From positions 293,436 to 357,435 of the forward strand of contig CAVTCZ010000009.1 of the NCBI GenBank assembly GCA_963733395.1: a stretch of 64,000 nucleotides of DNA. The letters run 5' to 3'. A program made the position numbers and the translations under genes. Shown in pieces: positions 62,735 through 64,000 of the stretch; within the stretch, counting starts at the first letter, position 1, and each line of letters opens with the position of its first letter. The DNA is from an uncultured Actinomycetota bacterium. Lineage in GTDB: Bacteria; Actinomycetota; Actinomycetes; S36-B12; UBA10799. The notes below the pieces were generated by a model. The model ran no database searches and had not been told where the DNA came from. It saw only the letters and a list, made by a program, of their open reading frames with translations.

Positions 62735-63513
62735 ACACGACTCCGCAGATCCCCGACTGGTTGGGAGTCGTCGCCTCGGTGCTGCTCGTGGGCATCGCGA
62801 TCGCGGTCTCCATGCGTGCCCGGCTGGGCCTGACCCGTGAGTTGCTGATCGCTGCTGGGCGGGCATTCGTGCAGTTGGTTGCAGTGGGGACCATCCTGAC
62901 AGTCCTGTTCACCCGCGCAGGTCTGCTCGGCGCCCTCGCCTGGGTCGCCGGCATGGTGGTCATCGCCGGATTCGTCGCGGCCGGGCGGGCGAAGGCCCTT
63001 CCGAAGGGTCGCTCGATCGCCTGGATCGCCGTCGGCACCGGCACGACGACGACTGTGGGCGTTCTGCTGGCGGTGGGTGTGATCGAGCCGATCCCGTCGG
63101 TGGTGGTGCCGGTTGGCGGGATGGTGGTGAGCGGCGCCATGACCGCTGCCATTCTGACGATGCGCCGCTTGGCCGACATCGCGCAGGAACAGCGCCTCGA
63201 CATCGAGGCCCGCCTGGCGCTGGGACTCACCTCGGAAGAGGCGATGGCCCCGCACCTTCGACGGGCCGTGACCATGGCCCTGCTCCCCGCGATCGATTCG
63301 ACGAAGGTGGTCGGCTTGATCGCCCTGCCGGGTGCCATGACCGGCCTGATCCTCGCCGGGGTCGAACCGATCGTGGCCGTGCGCTACCAGATCGTCGTCA
63401 TGTACATGCTGCTCGCTGCCGCTTCGGTCAGCGCCATCGTCGCCTCACATCTGTCCCGGCGGGCGCTCTTCGACGACGCCGACCGCCTGTACCGGGCACC
63501 TGAGGCCTCCTAG
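62731..63513 (+). CDS. UPF0014 permease (FetB/YbbM-like)
   Basis: RAFVQL..VG, IEARLALG, GLIALPGAMTGLILAG, AVRYQIVV. Confidence 0.9.
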   Translation: MNTTPQIPDWLGVVASVLLVGIAIAVSMRARLGLTRELLIAAGRAFVQLVAVGTILTVLFTRAGLLGALAWVAGMVVIAGFVAAGRAKALPKGRSIAWIAVGTGTTTTVGVLLAVGVIEPIPSVVVPVGGMVVSGAMTAAILTMRRLADIAQEQRLDIEARLALGLTSEEAMAPHLRRAVTMALLPAIDSTKVVGLIALPGAMTGLILAGVEPIVAVRYQIVVMYMLLAAASVSAIVASHLSRRALFDDADRLYRAPEAS

Positions 63514-63558
63514 TGTCGTGCGTCGCTGTTGCCGTGACGGGCTGTCGCCGCGGGCGGT

Positions 63559-63676
63559 CTTTGTGACGACGTTGCGCGCCTGTCCGGCTGGTTTGTCACG
63601 AAGGTGCGGGGTCGAACCGCCCGGCAGCAACGTCGTGACAAATCGCCCTGGCGGACCCCGCAACATCGTCACAGAG
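63559..63676. repeat. Palindrome family C copy 2 (2+2 boxes)
   Basis: Boxes at 63559 and 63591 facing inverted boxes at 63627 and 63660. Confidence 0.72.
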
Positions 63677-63873
63677 GTCCCCCACCAACCCCGGGCCCCG
63701 GGCACAGAGCTGACGGGTGAGACTGCCGACCAGGTCGGCACCACCCGTGAACCAACGTCCGACGCGCGACCCCAGCCCCGGACCCTGGCATTCAGTCCGT
63801 GGTCGGCGCGGTCTGCGCGGGTCCCCCATGACGAGGTGCTCAGGCGACGCTCCCACGTTGTTCGCGACGCCGC

Positions 63874-64000
63874 CTAGAGATCCACACAGGTCATGGTCTT
63901 CGCGTCCATCGAATCCAGGACGGTGACTGTGCAACCGCTGGTGCCCGATGTGAGCTGCATGACCGTGCCACCCGCAGCCGAGTCCACAGTCATCGTGATT
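63874..64000 (-). CDS. 3' end of an unidentified CDS entering from window end
   Basis: ...ITMTVDSAAGGTVMQLTSGTSGCTVTVLDSMDAKTMTCVDL-stop (TAG 63874-63876). Confidence 0.5.
   Translation of the reverse strand, partial: ITMTVDSAAGGTVMQLTSGTSGCTVTVLDSMDAKTMTCVDL

Overview
High-GC actinobacterial chromosome segment (F420-dependent enzymes, glnA2-glnE/nadE/panB/map synteny, many leaderless genes). About 60 CDS: SNF2 helicase, amidohydrolase, membrane serine protease, K+ channel, orphan PilB/GspE ATPase, CopA, the nitrogen/cofactor housekeeping block, a galactoside cluster (GH36, class II GalT, GalK, GH1) split by a small-protein stress islet, znuACB-zur with a Zur box, aquaporin, and a decaying accessory tract (about 52.3-59.8 kb) with a DUF222-HNH element and gene fragments. 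At least nine genes carry frameshifts that are most likely read/assembly indels. I found no rRNA, tRNA or CRISPR array. The main unexplained signals are: (i) three families of intergenic palindromic elements, one with a strictly conserved geometry (17-bp boxes, 31-bp period, 24-bp central spacer, three loci); (ii) a candidate structured leader RNA before the SNF2 helicase; (iii) a probable intragenic inversion at about 57985-58279. All calls are by eye, with no database searches.
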